A DNA stretch of 64,000 nucleotides from Candidatus Saccharimonadia bacterium (GCA_038245115.1 JBBRSS010000004.1:1804-65803); one strand, 5' to 3'; shown: positions 30,860-40,765, numbered from the stretch's first letter. Program-made: numbers and translations. The notes: generated from the letters alone by a model not told the origin.

Positions 30860-32395
30860 TTACTCTTTCGTACCGAACGATTTAGCCACGGTACTCGCTG
30901 CGTTAACAATTTGCTCGATCTGTTTATCGTCGGGCTTGGTGCCTTTGTTCAGGCTCTCAATCAGCTCAGGGTGAGCCTTCATGACCTTAGCCAAAAGTTC
31001 TCGCACGGCTTCTTCGATGTTCTCGGACGCCAACCCATCGAAGGCACCTTTGCCTGCCGCCATCAGCATGATGACCTGCTCGGCCACGCTCAGCGGGGCG
31101 TATTGCTTTTGCTTCAATATTTCGGTGAGCAGACGGCCGCGCGCAATGCGTTTCTTGGTGTCGTCATCCAGATCGCTGGCAAACTGCGAGAAGGCCGCCA
31201 GTTCGCGGAACTGCGCCAACTCAATCCGTAGGCTACCCGCCACGCTCTTGGTGGACTTCAGCTGAGCGGCGCCACCTACGCGGCTTACGCTCAATCCCAC
31301 CGAAATAGCCGGGCGAATCCCCTGGTAGAACAGATTGGTTTCGAGGAAAATCTGGCCGTCGGTAATCGAGATAACGTTAGTCGGAATATAGGCGCTTACG
31401 TCGCCGGCCTGTGTCTCGATGATCGGCAGGGCGGTTAGTGATCCGGATCCCAGCTCCTCGCTGAGTTTGGCGCTGCGTTCGAGCAGTCGCGAGTGCAGGT
31501 AGAATACGTCGCCGGGGTAAGCCTCGCGACCCGGGGGGCGCCTCAGTAGCAGACTCATCTGGCGGTAGGCCACGGCGTGCTTACTAAGGTCATCGTAGAT
31601 CATCAGCGCGTGTTGCGAGTTGTCGCGGAAGTATTCGCCCATGGCGGTTCCTGCGTAGGGTGCCAGGTATAGTAGTGCGGCCGGGTCGGCGGGGGAGGTG
31701 GCTACCACAATGGTTTGCTCCATCACGCCTTCCGCCTTGAGCCGAGCCACCAACGCCGCTACCTTGGACAGTTTCTGGCCAATCGCGACGTACACGTTGA
31801 TAACGCCGGTATTTTGGCGCTTCTGGTTAATCATGGTGTCGATGGCGATGGCGGTTTTGCCGGTCTGCCGGTCGCCAATAATTAGTTCGCGCTGGCCGCG
31901 GCCGATCGGCACCATGGTGTCGATGGCGATGATGCCGGTTGCCAGCGGCTCGTGCACACCTTTGCGCTCCATCACGCCCGGCGCCATCCGCTCGATCATA
32001 CCTGTGGCCTTAGTCTTGATTGGGCCCAGCCCGTCCAACGGCCGACCTAGCGGGTCAACCACGCGGCCAACTAGCTCAGGGCCAACGGGTACTTGCAAGC
32101 TCTCGCCGGTGAGCTTAGCCTTGGCGCCAGCTCGCACGCCGGTTTCTTTGTCGAGCAATACGGCGCCCAATTCATCTTCGAACAGGTTGAGCACGAACGC
32201 CCGCGCCGGCACGTCGCCGTCGGTTTCAATCTCGATCACCTCACTAAAGCCAGCTTGGCGCAGGCCGTAGACCCACACCACGCCATCGCTCACGCGCGTC
32301 ACGACGCCGGTTTCGGCCAGTCCGTCGGTGCGCTTGAGGCCGCCAATGGCGTCTTCGAGCTCGCGGGTTATTCCTTTAATATTCAAATCATTCAT
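30860..32395 (-). CDS. atpA: ATP synthase alpha subunit
   Basis: [28 protein letters not shown]. Confidence 0.98.
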   Translation of the reverse strand: MNDLNIKGITRELEDAIGGLKRTDGLAETGVVTRVSDGVVWVYGLRQAGFSEVIEIETDGDVPARAFVLNLFEDELGAVLLDKETGVRAGAKAKLTGESLQVPVGPELVGRVVDPLGRPLDGLGPIKTKATGMIERMAPGVMERKGVHEPLATGIIAIDTMVPIGRGQRELIIGDRQTGKTAIAIDTMINQKRQNTGVINVYVAIGQKLSKVAALVARLKAEGVMEQTIVVATSPADPAALLYLAPYAGTAMGEYFRDNSQHALMIYDDLSKHAVAYRQMSLLLRRPPGREAYPGDVFYLHSRLLERSAKLSEELGSGSLTALPIIETQAGDVSAYIPTNVISITDGQIFLETNLFYQGIRPAISVGLSVSRVGGAAQLKSTKSVAGSLRIELAQFRELAAFSQFASDLDDDTKKRIARGRLLTEILKQKQYAPLSVAEQVIMLMAAGKGAFDGLASENIEEAVRELLAKVMKAHPELIESLNKGTKPDDKQIEQIVNAASTVAKSFGTKE

Positions 32396-32775
32396 CGGCT
32401 GACTCCTTGTACAAATGTTGCGAGCTTAGTTCGAACGGTAGCATCGAGGTGCGCATCGGGGGTCTCTATTTGAGCTCCGCCGATAATTGCTGGGTCCACT
32501 GCAGTATCAAGCTCCAGCTCTTTGGCACCCGTAGCTTCTCGAATAAATTTCTCAATCCGACCTTGGGTTTCGTCGGACATCGGCCGCGCGGTGGTGACCC
32601 TGGCGCTCACGTAACCGCGGGAGGCCAATACTTTGGCGACGTCCCTCGCCAAATATCCGGCCTGGCGCTGTCGCCCGGTGCTTACCAACCAGGCCGCGGC
32701 CGACTTCATCGCGCCGTTTCGGTCGGATGTGAGGGAGCTAGCCACGTGGGCAGCTACTTGTGCGCGGCTGGCCAT
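32392..32775 (-). CDS. atpH: ATP synthase delta subunit (short form)
   Basis: [19 protein letters not shown]; position between atpF and atpA. Confidence 0.9.
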   Translation of the reverse strand: MASRAQVAAHVASSLTSDRNGAMKSAAAWLVSTGRQRQAGYLARDVAKVLASRGYVSARVTTARPMSDETQGRIEKFIREATGAKELELDTAVDPAIIGGAQIETPDAHLDATVRTKLATFVQGVSR

Positions 32776-33302
32776 TATTTCTTAATCTCCAGGCTGCGGT
32801 CAATCAGCTCGGCATCATGCTTGCTGTCGAGCTTTTCGCCCAGTACCGTCTCGGCCGCCGCCGCCACGATCCGGGCTGTCTCCACGCGCAACGTCTTGCG
32901 AGCGTCCGACACGTCGTGCGCCAGCTGCTCGCGAGCCTCGTTGATGGTCCGTGCCGCCTGAGCTTCGGTCTTAGCCCGCGCTTCGTCCAGCTGCGTCGCC
33001 GCCGCCTCTTTGGACGCTGCCAAAATTTCACCGGCCGCTGCCCGTGCTTCGGCAACTACCGCCTCGGCTTTGTTGCCTGCCTGCTCGAGCGCCTCTTTGG
33101 CTTCTCTTTCTAGGCGCACCGCTGCCTCTAGCTCGTCTTTCTTGGCGTCGAGCGCCTTGATGAGCGAAGGGTAGACGTATTTACCCAACACGGCCACAAT
33201 CACCAGAAACGCCAGCGTGTTGAGCACAAGCGATTGCAGGTTGAGGCCGAGGGCCGTAAATAACCCCCCGATACCGCCACTTTCTGCTAGTAATAACGTC
33301 AT
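32775..33302 (-). CDS. atpF: ATP synthase b subunit
   Basis: Single TM followed by Ala/Glu coiled coil; operon position. Confidence 0.93.
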   Translation of the reverse strand: MTLLLAESGGIGGLFTALGLNLQSLVLNTLAFLVIVAVLGKYVYPSLIKALDAKKDELEAAVRLEREAKEALEQAGNKAEAVVAEARAAAGEILAASKEAAATQLDEARAKTEAQAARTINEAREQLAHDVSDARKTLRVETARIVAAAAETVLGEKLDSKHDAELIDRSLEIKK

Positions 33303-33309
33303 AGTTAAA

Positions 33310-33525
33310 TTACTTGAGGAACTTAATGATCAGCGCGACCACCAGGCCGATGATGGCCAAGGCGTCCACGAAACCCATGGCGAGAATCATCATGGTACGA
33401 ATCTTGCCGATGGCGTCGGGGTTACGGCCGACTGCGCCGACGGCAGCAGCGCCTACGAGCCCGAGGCCTACGGCGGCCAAGCCGCCAGCGATTGAATATG
33501 TTAGTCCGAATGCGAGGGAATCCAT
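33310..33525 (-). CDS. atpE: ATP synthase c subunit
   Basis: Gly-rich helix, GRNP loop, ion-binding Asp in FVDAL. Confidence 0.95.
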   Translation of the reverse strand: MDSLAFGLTYSIAGGLAAVGLGLVGAAAVGAVGRNPDAIGKIRTMMILAMGFVDALAIIGLVVALIIKFLK

Positions 33526-33594
33526 TGAGGAATGTTCCTTTATTTATTATGTACTTTGATGAAATATATCTTGACTGTTAAGAATATAAGCTCA

Positions 33595-34401
33595 TTACAC
33601 AGCTACTTCTCCAGCGAGCTTTAGGGGTTCGTCAGAAGAAGCAGTTTCATGATGGCTAGCGGTGCCAAGGGATACGAATACGACCGTGAGCATAAAGAAT
33701 ACGTAGGCCTGAATCGCGCCCACGAACAGCTCCAGGAACATGAACGGGGGCAGGGCGATGGGCGCCGCCCAAACCGTGATGAAACCCATCACCGCCAACA
33801 GCACTTCGCCGCCGAAGATATTTCCGAACAACCGCATGGCCAGTGCTATTAAACGCGAAAATTCAGCGATAATCTCTAAGAACCCGGTAAATACGCCCAC
33901 TGGGTCTTTTAGCGGATTCACGAAATAGCGACCGAGGTTGCCAAAAAAGCCATGAGTTCTAATGGCCCAAATCTGCGCCGTCACCATGGTAATAATTGCC
34001 AGTGCCGCCGTAAAGTTCAGATCGGCCGCCAACCCCCGGAACAGCGGCATGCCGTTATAGGTAATCGGGCCCACAAACGGCAGTAGCTCTAGCCAGTTGT
34101 TGATCAAAATTATGAAAAACAAGCTAATCGCCAGCGGCGCCAATTTAACGGCCATCTTGCGGCTACCCAGTACTTCCTCGGCTGTCCCGAGTAGGATATC
34201 AAACATCCACAACATGGCAATTGAAATCCGAGTATGTTTGTTGCCTTGGATCTTCGACTTCGTGTACCAAAACAGCCAGAACGTTATCGCCACGCCGATA
34301 AACCCGAGCATCATCGAGTTCGTAAAGTGGATCGGGCCCACATCAAACAGTCGTTCGGCCGGCAGGCTTACAACCGGTACTTCGCCAAGCATTAAGTTCA
34401 T
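33595..34401 (-). CDS. atpB: ATP synthase a subunit
   Basis: ADLNFT, LAMRLFGNIFGGE, IQAYVF; ATG 34401 overlaps the upstream TGA. Confidence 0.96.
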   Translation of the reverse strand: MNLMLGEVPVVSLPAERLFDVGPIHFTNSMMLGFIGVAITFWLFWYTKSKIQGNKHTRISIAMLWMFDILLGTAEEVLGSRKMAVKLAPLAISLFFIILINNWLELLPFVGPITYNGMPLFRGLAADLNFTAALAIITMVTAQIWAIRTHGFFGNLGRYFVNPLKDPVGVFTGFLEIIAEFSRLIALAMRLFGNIFGGEVLLAVMGFITVWAAPIALPPFMFLELFVGAIQAYVFFMLTVVFVSLGTASHHETASSDEPLKLAGEVAV

Positions 34402-34646
34402 TGGGCCCTCCGCAGCTGTGCTCGTACCAACAAAATAGAGCAACCCAAGCCCACTATCGTTGCTGCCGCCGTCACCCAGGGCTTGGTGCCCCAGTGCAGG
34501 TCAATCCAGAGTCCGCCTGCTACAAAAAGTGCCGGGGGAGTGAACATGCGCCAGGTTGTATCTGCCATGGAGGCGAGTAACACAAACGTCGAGGCCCCAT
34601 CCTGGGGCGCATCGCTAGCTTGCTTTTTGTCGGAATTACTCGTCAT
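34398..34646 (-). CDS. AtpZ/AtpI family protein
   Basis: GLWIDLHWGTKPW motif, two TM, first gene of atp operon. Confidence 0.8.
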   Translation of the reverse strand: MTSNSDKKQASDAPQDGASTFVLLASMADTTWRMFTPPALFVAGGLWIDLHWGTKPWVTAAATIVGLGCSILLVRAQLRRAQ

Positions 34647-34747
34647 TTCGCAAGAACCTTATCAGATTTGCCCTGCGTACGCAACGCTCCTGACGCGTGA
34701 AGCATCTTCGGCGTACCTCGTACGCCCGTCGCGGGTTGTTTGCTGCC

Positions 34748-34778
34748 CAAAAAGAAAAGCGACCACAATTGTGGTCGC
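34748..34778 (-). terminator. Intrinsic terminator-like hairpin in the atp 5' region
   Basis: Perfect palindrome GCGACCACAATTGTGGTCGC followed by TTTTCTTTTT on the minus strand. Confidence 0.7.
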
Positions 34779-34924
34779 CCTGCGCATAGACCCGGCAGGG
34801 GGAGGTAAAACAAACTGCAAATTCAGCCAAGCGTACCGCGCTGCTGCATGCATATTCAGCACTAATTCAGGTAGTTCATCGTTCTACATCTGTGGCTGGT
34901 GTTTCGAAGGCTTCGACTTACTGG

Positions 34925-35149
34925 TTAGTAGCCCCAATCGTCGTTCATTATCCGATGCATATAGACCTGACCGGTCTTCGGGTTGAAAACTGCGGTTAAG
35001 TGTGTCGCATAGGCATGGCTACCGCCAAAGTCTGAGTCGTAACCGACTATGTTCTCGCCAGTAACGCAGAGGTTTCCTTTTTTGGAATACCGGCTGGTGG
35101 TCCAGCGCGTAATGCCGCACTGCGACATCAATTCCTGAATCGTTATCAT
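34925..35149 (-). CDS. Hypothetical 74-aa protein
   Basis: AGGAG RBS 6 nt before ATG 35149 (MITIQELMSQ...DDWGY). Confidence 0.55.
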   Translation of the reverse strand: MITIQELMSQCGITRWTTSRYSKKGNLCVTGENIVGYDSDFGGSHAYATHLTAVFNPKTGQVYMHRIMNDDWGY

Positions 35150-35275
35150 GCTGGCTCCTAAGAGGAGACAAGTGCGTCTGGGCTTTCCAGATGCGAACAA
35201 TAATAGCATAAGCATAAAGAAAAGTCAAGGGTTGAATCTATGTTGGACGCTAATCCGTAGTAAACTACTAATGCT

Positions 35276-35857
35276 ATGACTGGCCGAACCCACGACACCG
35301 CCGCCCTCACCGCCCTCGGAATTACCGTCGCCCTGGTAGGAATCCCGAGCGTCACCCTTGCCACTGCCCTCGTGGCAATTTTGGCTAACCAAATCGGCGG
35401 CATCGCCCCCGACATCGATCAACCCACCGCCCCTTTCTGGCGCAACCTGCCCATCGGCGGCTTCTTCGGCCGCTTCACCGACAAGCTCCTGGGCGGCCAC
35501 CGCTTCCTCACGCACTCTCTCGTCGGTGTCGCCCTCCTAGCCTGGCTGGCCAACTGGTTGCTCATCTTTCTCCAGCCCATCATGCCCCACGTCAACATTC
35601 ATCTGGTTTGGTGGGCGTTTGTTATCGGTCTCATTTCTCACCTAATCATGGACAGCTTCACCAAAGAGGGCGTCCCGTGGCTGCTGCCCATCCCGGTTAA
35701 GCTCGGTATCCCGCCCATCAAAGCCCTGCGCGTCACCACCGGCAAAGTCCTCGAAAACTTTGTCATCTTTCCAGGGCTAATTCTCGTTAATATCGCCCTC
35801 TGTGCCTTTTATTACCCCGAAATCGTCAACTTTATCCACACCCGCCTCGGCGGCTGA
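35276..35857 (+). CDS. YdjM-like membrane-bound metal-dependent hydrolase
   Basis: MTGRTH, PDID, GHRFLTHS, SHLIMDSFT.EGVP. Confidence 0.9.
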   Translation: MTGRTHDTAALTALGITVALVGIPSVTLATALVAILANQIGGIAPDIDQPTAPFWRNLPIGGFFGRFTDKLLGGHRFLTHSLVGVALLAWLANWLLIFLQPIMPHVNIHLVWWAFVIGLISHLIMDSFTKEGVPWLLPIPVKLGIPPIKALRVTTGKVLENFVIFPGLILVNIALCAFYYPEIVNFIHTRLGG

Positions 35858-35863
35858 ACGCAG

Positions 35864-35897
35864 AAAAACCCCAGAGCCAGGGGTTCCTGGTTGGGGT
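35864..35897 (-). terminator. Intrinsic terminator between convergent genes
   Basis: Minus strand ACCCCAACCAGG-AACC-CCTGGCTCTGGGGT followed by TTTT. Confidence 0.6.
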
Positions 35898-35952
35898 CGG
35901 TGGCGGCGGTGGCCGCACTCAGGTTCGAATGCAGCCACCGTGCCGGGTGATC

Positions 35953-36348
35953 TCACGCCTCTGTGGGCCTGGGGTTCTTCTTGTGCCGCTTGCGCTTGGG
36001 TTTGTAAGCTGGCGGTACAACAACTGGCCTAACATCACCCAAATAGTCCTTAGGTAGGATCCCCCAGGTATTGGCGCGAAGTTTGCCGGTATCAGTCTGT
36101 GCCACTACCATCGCAATCACGGTTTCATTGATAGTGATGCGGCGCATCTGGTCTTTTGGACTGTCCCCTAGGACGTATACGTCGTCGACAAGAGCGACCT
36201 CTACTTGGCCGTCCATGCGAAAGGAAATCTTGAATGCCATCCTTCCCAGTTCCGCGATGGCTATACCATGGCCTTCCCTCCCGTCGTAGAAAACGACGGT
36301 TCCAATCGTTGGTACAGGTGTAGCTGGCGGCACGGTGACATCGGTCAT
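35953..36348 (-). CDS. Hypothetical protein, possible divergent cold-shock/OB fold with basic tail
   Basis: GTVVFYDGREGHGIA resembles CSD GTVKWF..KGYGFI; GKLRA near the end; KPKRKRHKK tail. Confidence 0.6.
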   Translation of the reverse strand: MTDVTVPPATPVPTIGTVVFYDGREGHGIAIAELGRMAFKISFRMDGQVEVALVDDVYVLGDSPKDQMRRITINETVIAMVVAQTDTGKLRANTWGILPKDYLGDVRPVVVPPAYKPKRKRHKKNPRPTEA

Positions 36349-36624
36349 GCCAAACCTTCCATCGAGTAGTGATCCGACATAACAACACAATTACATCATA
36401 AATATTGGTTAATTACAAATTACGTATCTGTAAGCTTGCTCCAAATGCAGTTTGGCGGCACGATGACTGCGCTCATACCTTCCTTTCGGGTCGGGGTGGG
36501 GTATGAGCAAGCGTTGCATCATATATGGCCATAAATTGTCATATTATATTGCACAAAAAGACCGTTGCATGGCTGAAGCGATTATGCGATTATGCCTCCC
36601 TATATGAACAAAGGAGTCCATGTC

Positions 36625-37038
36625 ATGAGTGAGACAACGTTAAATCCTTACCTCAATTTTAACGGCAACACCAGAGAAGCCATGGAGTTCTATCACCATG
36701 TCCTTGGCGGTGAATTGAAGCTTCAAACCTTTAGTGAAGTGCCCGATATGGACGTGCCAGCAGGGTATGAAGACAAAATAATGCATTCTCAGCTGGAAAG
36801 CGACGCCATCAACATTATGGCAACCGAAGCTCAGCCCGGTACGGTAGTGAAGTTTGGTGACAACGTGAGCCTCAGCCTCGTGGGTACAGACACCGACAAG
36901 CTCACCGAAATTTTTAATGCTCTATCCGAAGAAGGCGAAATTACTATGCCGCTGGAAAAGCAATTTTGGGGCGACGTCTTCGGTGCATTTAAGGACAAAT
37001 TTGGTATCAACTGGATGGTCAACATTTCCGCAGAGTAG
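36625..37038 (+). CDS. PhnB-like VOC family protein
   Basis: LNPYLNFNGN..EAMEFY, IMHS.L, MPLEKQFWG..FG..DKFGINWM; AAGGAG RBS. Confidence 0.92.
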   Translation: MSETTLNPYLNFNGNTREAMEFYHHVLGGELKLQTFSEVPDMDVPAGYEDKIMHSQLESDAINIMATEAQPGTVVKFGDNVSLSLVGTDTDKLTEIFNALSEEGEITMPLEKQFWGDVFGAFKDKFGINWMVNISAE

Positions 37039-37081
37039 GACATTTTACCAGCGCGCCGCCGCACGTGATATCGTTACAACT

Positions 37082-37747
37082 ATGAACATGACTTTTATTA
37101 CTACCACCACGCCTGATGCGGCAGGTGAGTATCTGGCCGATGTCATTGCGACCCAGTTGGCCGCCTCACGTACGGTACTCTGGCTAGTGTCGGGCGGTTC
37201 GGCCGTGGCCGTGGCCGTGGCTGCATCTCATCACCTGGCCGGCCACGACCTCAGCCGACTTACAGTTAGCCTCATTGATGAGCGCTACGGCCCGGTCGGC
37301 CATCCCGATTCGAATTGGAGCAAACTCCAAAATGCCGGGTTTGAACTCGACGGCGCAACTCGCCACCCCGTCTTGGCCGACGCTCCCCAGGCCGATACCG
37401 CCGAAGCCTTCGATGAATTCCTTCAGGCCCAGTTTGCCCGCACCGATTATCATGTGGGCTTACTTGGGATCGGCTCAGATGGCCACACCTCCGGAATCCT
37501 CCCGCACAGCCCCGCTCTCACCGCACCGGGCCTGGTGGCCTCGTATGACGGCGGAGGGTACCAACGCATTACTACCACCCCCCGCGCCATCGCACACCTT
37601 TCCGAAGCCGTCGTGTACGCCGTCGGACAAGATAAATGGCTGGTATTAGACGCCCTCGAAACCGATCTGTCTGCCGCCATTCAGCCCGCCCAGGTACTGA
37701 AAAGCGTCTCCAAGCTCACCATCTTCACCGATCGCCCGCAATCCTAA
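37082..37747 (+). CDS. pgl: 6-phosphogluconolactonase family protein
   Basis: LVSGGS, IDERY..HPDSN, LLGIGSDGHTSGI, RITTT. Confidence 0.85.
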   Translation: MNMTFITTTTPDAAGEYLADVIATQLAASRTVLWLVSGGSAVAVAVAASHHLAGHDLSRLTVSLIDERYGPVGHPDSNWSKLQNAGFELDGATRHPVLADAPQADTAEAFDEFLQAQFARTDYHVGLLGIGSDGHTSGILPHSPALTAPGLVASYDGGGYQRITTTPRAIAHLSEAVVYAVGQDKWLVLDALETDLSAAIQPAQVLKSVSKLTIFTDRPQS

Positions 37748-37907
37748 AATTCAAGAATAATTGCTCCTTAAACGGGAAAAACCACCTCCTAGTGGCCCGG
37801 TTCGTCTGTGGTACAGACAAACAAGTAGGGGGTGGGTTTGGTTGATCTCTTGGCAGCCTAGGCTACAAGAGGTCGGATGGGCGCGACAGCCCGGGTATTG
37901 TGAAGGC

Positions 37908-38522
37908 TTACGCCGCTATCGGCTCGGTGTACTCAGTCGTGAAGGTCTTGGGCAACCCGAAGGGCGAGAGGCCGATGTTGGTGACGAAGCACCTAACGCT
38001 GATGGGCTGAGCCGGGAATTCCTTCTTCCACCCATCGAGTACGACCTGTCGTGCATCGTGCAAAAGACGGAAAAGACCTGTTTCGGACGTCGCGTCATAG
38101 TTTGACAGCTCGCCGCCGAGAGCGGTTGCGATCTCTAGCATTCCGCACCCAAGGTGAACAAACAGGTTGACCTCTTCGAGGGGGTATCCCCGGTTCAGGC
38201 CAACGCGGTTGGCCAGGATGATCTGCCCAAGGACATAGTCCCTGTAGCCCTCCAGAAGTAGGGCAGCTGCGCCGCCGGCCAGCCTGCAGCTGAAGTCGTG
38301 AGTGAACGTCAGCTCTTTGAAGCTGTTCAGCCTCATCAGACGCCGCGCGTGATCGAGATTCAGGCGGCCATCGAAGCAGCCCATCCAGAAAGCTCGCTCG
38401 GAGTGAGGGCAGTGGTGGCGGTTCGAGTGGTTAGCCGAAACAATCCTTGCAGCCCGTGCAAGTACGGCCGCCGACGGAATGCCGGCAGCAAGAAGGAGGC
38501 CTTTGCGGGTCGAGAGGGGCAC
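37908..38522 (-). CDS. Divergent beta-carbonic-anhydrase-like protein
   Basis: CFDGR (C-x-D-x-R), LAGG, HLGCG (H-x-x-C); AGGAG RBS before GTG 38522. Confidence 0.6.
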   Translation of the reverse strand: MPLSTRKGLLLAAGIPSAAVLARAARIVSANHSNRHHCPHSERAFWMGCFDGRLNLDHARRLMRLNSFKELTFTHDFSCRLAGGAAALLLEGYRDYVLGQIILANRVGLNRGYPLEEVNLFVHLGCGMLEIATALGGELSNYDATSETGLFRLLHDARQVVLDGWKKEFPAQPISVRCFVTNIGLSPFGLPKTFTTEYTEPIAA

Positions 38523-38738
38523 GTTAATCTCCTGTCGTAGTGATGACGTACGGACTGAAGTATGTGGGTGGTACAGCATTGATGTTGAAAAATGCCTCAG
38601 TGAGCATAGCAGAAAATCCTTGCCATGTCGAGAAGATTATGGTCTAGTACTGATAAAAGCATCCTTAATACACCAAATCAAAGGGTTTTTGACTTGGAAT
38701 GGCTATTAGTCAGATGTGCAAAACAATCCAGAAAGAAA

Positions 38739-39326
38739 TTAGCGTGAAACCGCCATCGCCTCTTCGAACATACCGGCCGGTGCATTCTGGCGCCAGCTGT
38801 CATCCTCAAATTCAACCCGGCTCGTAACATCGGCCAGATCCATCATCTCGGTGACCGCTTTGTGCTCGCCGAACCTGGTCCAGGTTACGTACAGCCGCAT
38901 GGGGTGGCCGGTTTGGATTGCCACGTTGTCAATAAATCGTTGGGCGTGGGTTTTTACTAGCTTGGCTTGGGCCTCAAACTGGTCACCGGTGTGCTCCGGG
39001 TGTGCTCCGGAAAATCCGGCACAGTCCGAGTGGACGTCGGCAACGATGCACCAGTCGCTGGGGCCGATTACATTCGGGTTCAATGCCAAGAGGGCACCCA
39101 TGCGCGAAGGCTGGGCAATAATCTCGACCGGCCCTTCAACGCGTACAACGTGCGGGTCGATGTCTTGGTGGTTCGCCGGGTGGTCCCGTACGAAACTGAC
39201 GAGGCCATGGACTCGGCTTTCCTCTGACTCCTCTTGGCCCTTCGATCGGTCCCTGGCAAATTCTTTCGTGTATGCCCAGTCTGAGCAACACAAAACCACA
39301 AAACCACTATGCTTACGGTGCGCCAT
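38739..39326 (-). CDS. Second, more divergent beta-carbonic-anhydrase-like protein
   Basis: VVLCCSD (C-x-D, Arg absent) and HSDCAG; AAGGAG RBS. Confidence 0.5.
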   Translation of the reverse strand: MAHRKHSGFVVLCCSDWAYTKEFARDRSKGQEESEESRVHGLVSFVRDHPANHQDIDPHVVRVEGPVEIIAQPSRMGALLALNPNVIGPSDWCIVADVHSDCAGFSGAHPEHTGDQFEAQAKLVKTHAQRFIDNVAIQTGHPMRLYVTWTRFGEHKAVTEMMDLADVTSRVEFEDDSWRQNAPAGMFEEAMAVSR

Positions 39327-39446
39327 GAAATCTCCTTGAACGATTAGTGAGTAAATATTTCATTTAAGAAACAATATAAGAGATACTGGCACACTCCATA
39401 TGCGTTGTCGAGTAGATAATTAAAGTCGCCTATTACGCTTGCGCTA

Positions 39447-39475
39447 TTGACTCTGCAAACCGCTAATGCTACAAA
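39447..39475 (+). promoter_or_regulatory. Sigma70-type promoter driving a non-coding transcript
   Basis: TTGACT, 17 bp, TACAAA with a TG extension. Confidence 0.55.
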
Positions 39476-39481
39476 CAGAAC

Positions 39482-39617
39482 TAGATAGTTGAGGTGGAGT
39501 CACGATAAAAATTCAAAAGGGCGAGTTTGAACCTTTTGGACTGAGTACTGCAGGTATCAAATAGTCGGGACTTCTAGATACTATCTTGAAACGGGTCGGG
39601 TGCGGCCCGTTTTTTTT
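39482..39617 (+). ncRNA. Candidate structured small RNA (three-way junction), family unknown
   Basis: AGATAGT/ACTATCT and GGAGTCACGA/TCGGGACTTC closing stems, TTCAAAAGG/CCTTTTGGA hairpin, own promoter and terminator, no ORF. Confidence 0.6.
39589..39617 (+). terminator. Intrinsic terminator
   Basis: AAACGGGTCG-GGTG-CGGCCCGTTT with a T8 run. Confidence 0.85.
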
Positions 39618-39643
39618 GTTTATTTGTTTCGTCCGCTCCGGTG

Positions 39644-40765
39644 CTATCTCGTGTCGATTCCGACTGCTTCGCTGACACTGTTAAAATAATCACGCTTTAG
39701 TAGCTTCACTAGGCCCAAATTTATCTCAGAAATAGATTGTGGACCCTGATATATCATCCCAGTAATAAGCTGAATCAAGCTCGCGCCCAAGCGAATTTTC
39801 CGATAAGCATCTTCGGCAGTAAATACGCCGCCGCAGCCCATAACTAAATGTGTCCGCCCTACGCGTGAGTACACCCGCCTAATTTGTTCGTCGGACATTT
39901 CCTGCTGCACTTTGCCGCTCAGCCCGCCGGTGGGCGGCACATCCGCATCGAGAATATGCGGGTTGTCGCGTGGCTTGGTCAGATTTGAGCATATAAACCC
40001 CTCAATATTGTGGGCTAGAGTCACTTCCAGTAGATGATCCAACTCGATTTCACTCAAATCGGGCGAGAATTTAATAAAAACCGGCTTGGTGTGCTTCTGG
40101 CGGTCGACCGCACTAAGGAGTTTTTCCAACCGCGACGGGTTCGTAAACGGCTGGCCGCCAAAAGTGTTGGGGCAGGAAATATTGATGGTTACATAGGCGC
40201 CCACGCCCATAGTCGCCCGGTAGGCTTTCACGTAGTCGGCCACGCCTGCATCCTCATCCACCGTTGTCTCGGAGTTCGTTTTGGCTACACTAATGCCCAC
40301 GGGAACCGCGAACTTACGCCCTTGAAGTCGCTTGGCTATTGCCTCCGCTCCGTCGTTCATGAGCCCGTAATTCACTACCAGCGATTGGCTTTTTGGCAGC
40401 CGCCATAGTCTGGGCTTGGGGTTGCCGGCGCAGGGCTCGCCCGTAACCGAGCCGATTTCCATAAAACCGAATCCCACAGTAGGGATAAAATCCACTAGGC
40501 GGGCATTTTTGTCGAATCCGGCCGACAGCCCGATGGGGTTCACAAATTTAATCCCCAGAATTGTCTGCTCCAGCATTGGGTGTCGGTACCCGAATGCAGC
40601 CCGAGTTAGGCCCCGTCCCAGACCGTTGCGCCCGATTGCCTCGCCAATTTTAGAGATATTATCATGTACAACTTCCGGATCTTGGCGAAAAAATGCCGGC
40701 TTTAATGCGTGCGTATAGACCGCCGCCTCGAGTTTGTTGCGGGTTAAAATCAAAGTATCTTTCAT
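39644..40765 (-). CDS. pyrD: Quinone-dependent (class 2) dihydroorotate dehydrogenase
   Basis: DPE.VH, NPIGLSAGFDKN, GNPKPRLWRL, NISCPN, GGLSG, GASLIQL.TG.IYQGP. Confidence 0.93.
   Translation of the reverse strand: MKDTLILTRNKLEAAVYTHALKPAFFRQDPEVVHDNISKIGEAIGRNGLGRGLTRAAFGYRHPMLEQTILGIKFVNPIGLSAGFDKNARLVDFIPTVGFGFMEIGSVTGEPCAGNPKPRLWRLPKSQSLVVNYGLMNDGAEAIAKRLQGRKFAVPVGISVAKTNSETTVDEDAGVADYVKAYRATMGVGAYVTINISCPNTFGGQPFTNPSRLEKLLSAVDRQKHTKPVFIKFSPDLSEIELDHLLEVTLAHNIEGFICSNLTKPRDNPHILDADVPPTGGLSGKVQQEMSDEQIRRVYSRVGRTHLVMGCGGVFTAEDAYRKIRLGASLIQLITGMIYQGPQSISEINLGLVKLLKRDYFNSVSEAVGIDTR

Noticed and set aside
35908-35939. GGTTCGAAT resembling a tRNA T-loop
   Set aside because: No cloverleaf or anticodon arm; it is the loop of a simple hairpin.
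39541-39562. CTGAGTA...CAAA resembling a hammerhead ribozyme core
   Set aside because: Deviates from the required CUGANGA and GAAA at invariant positions.
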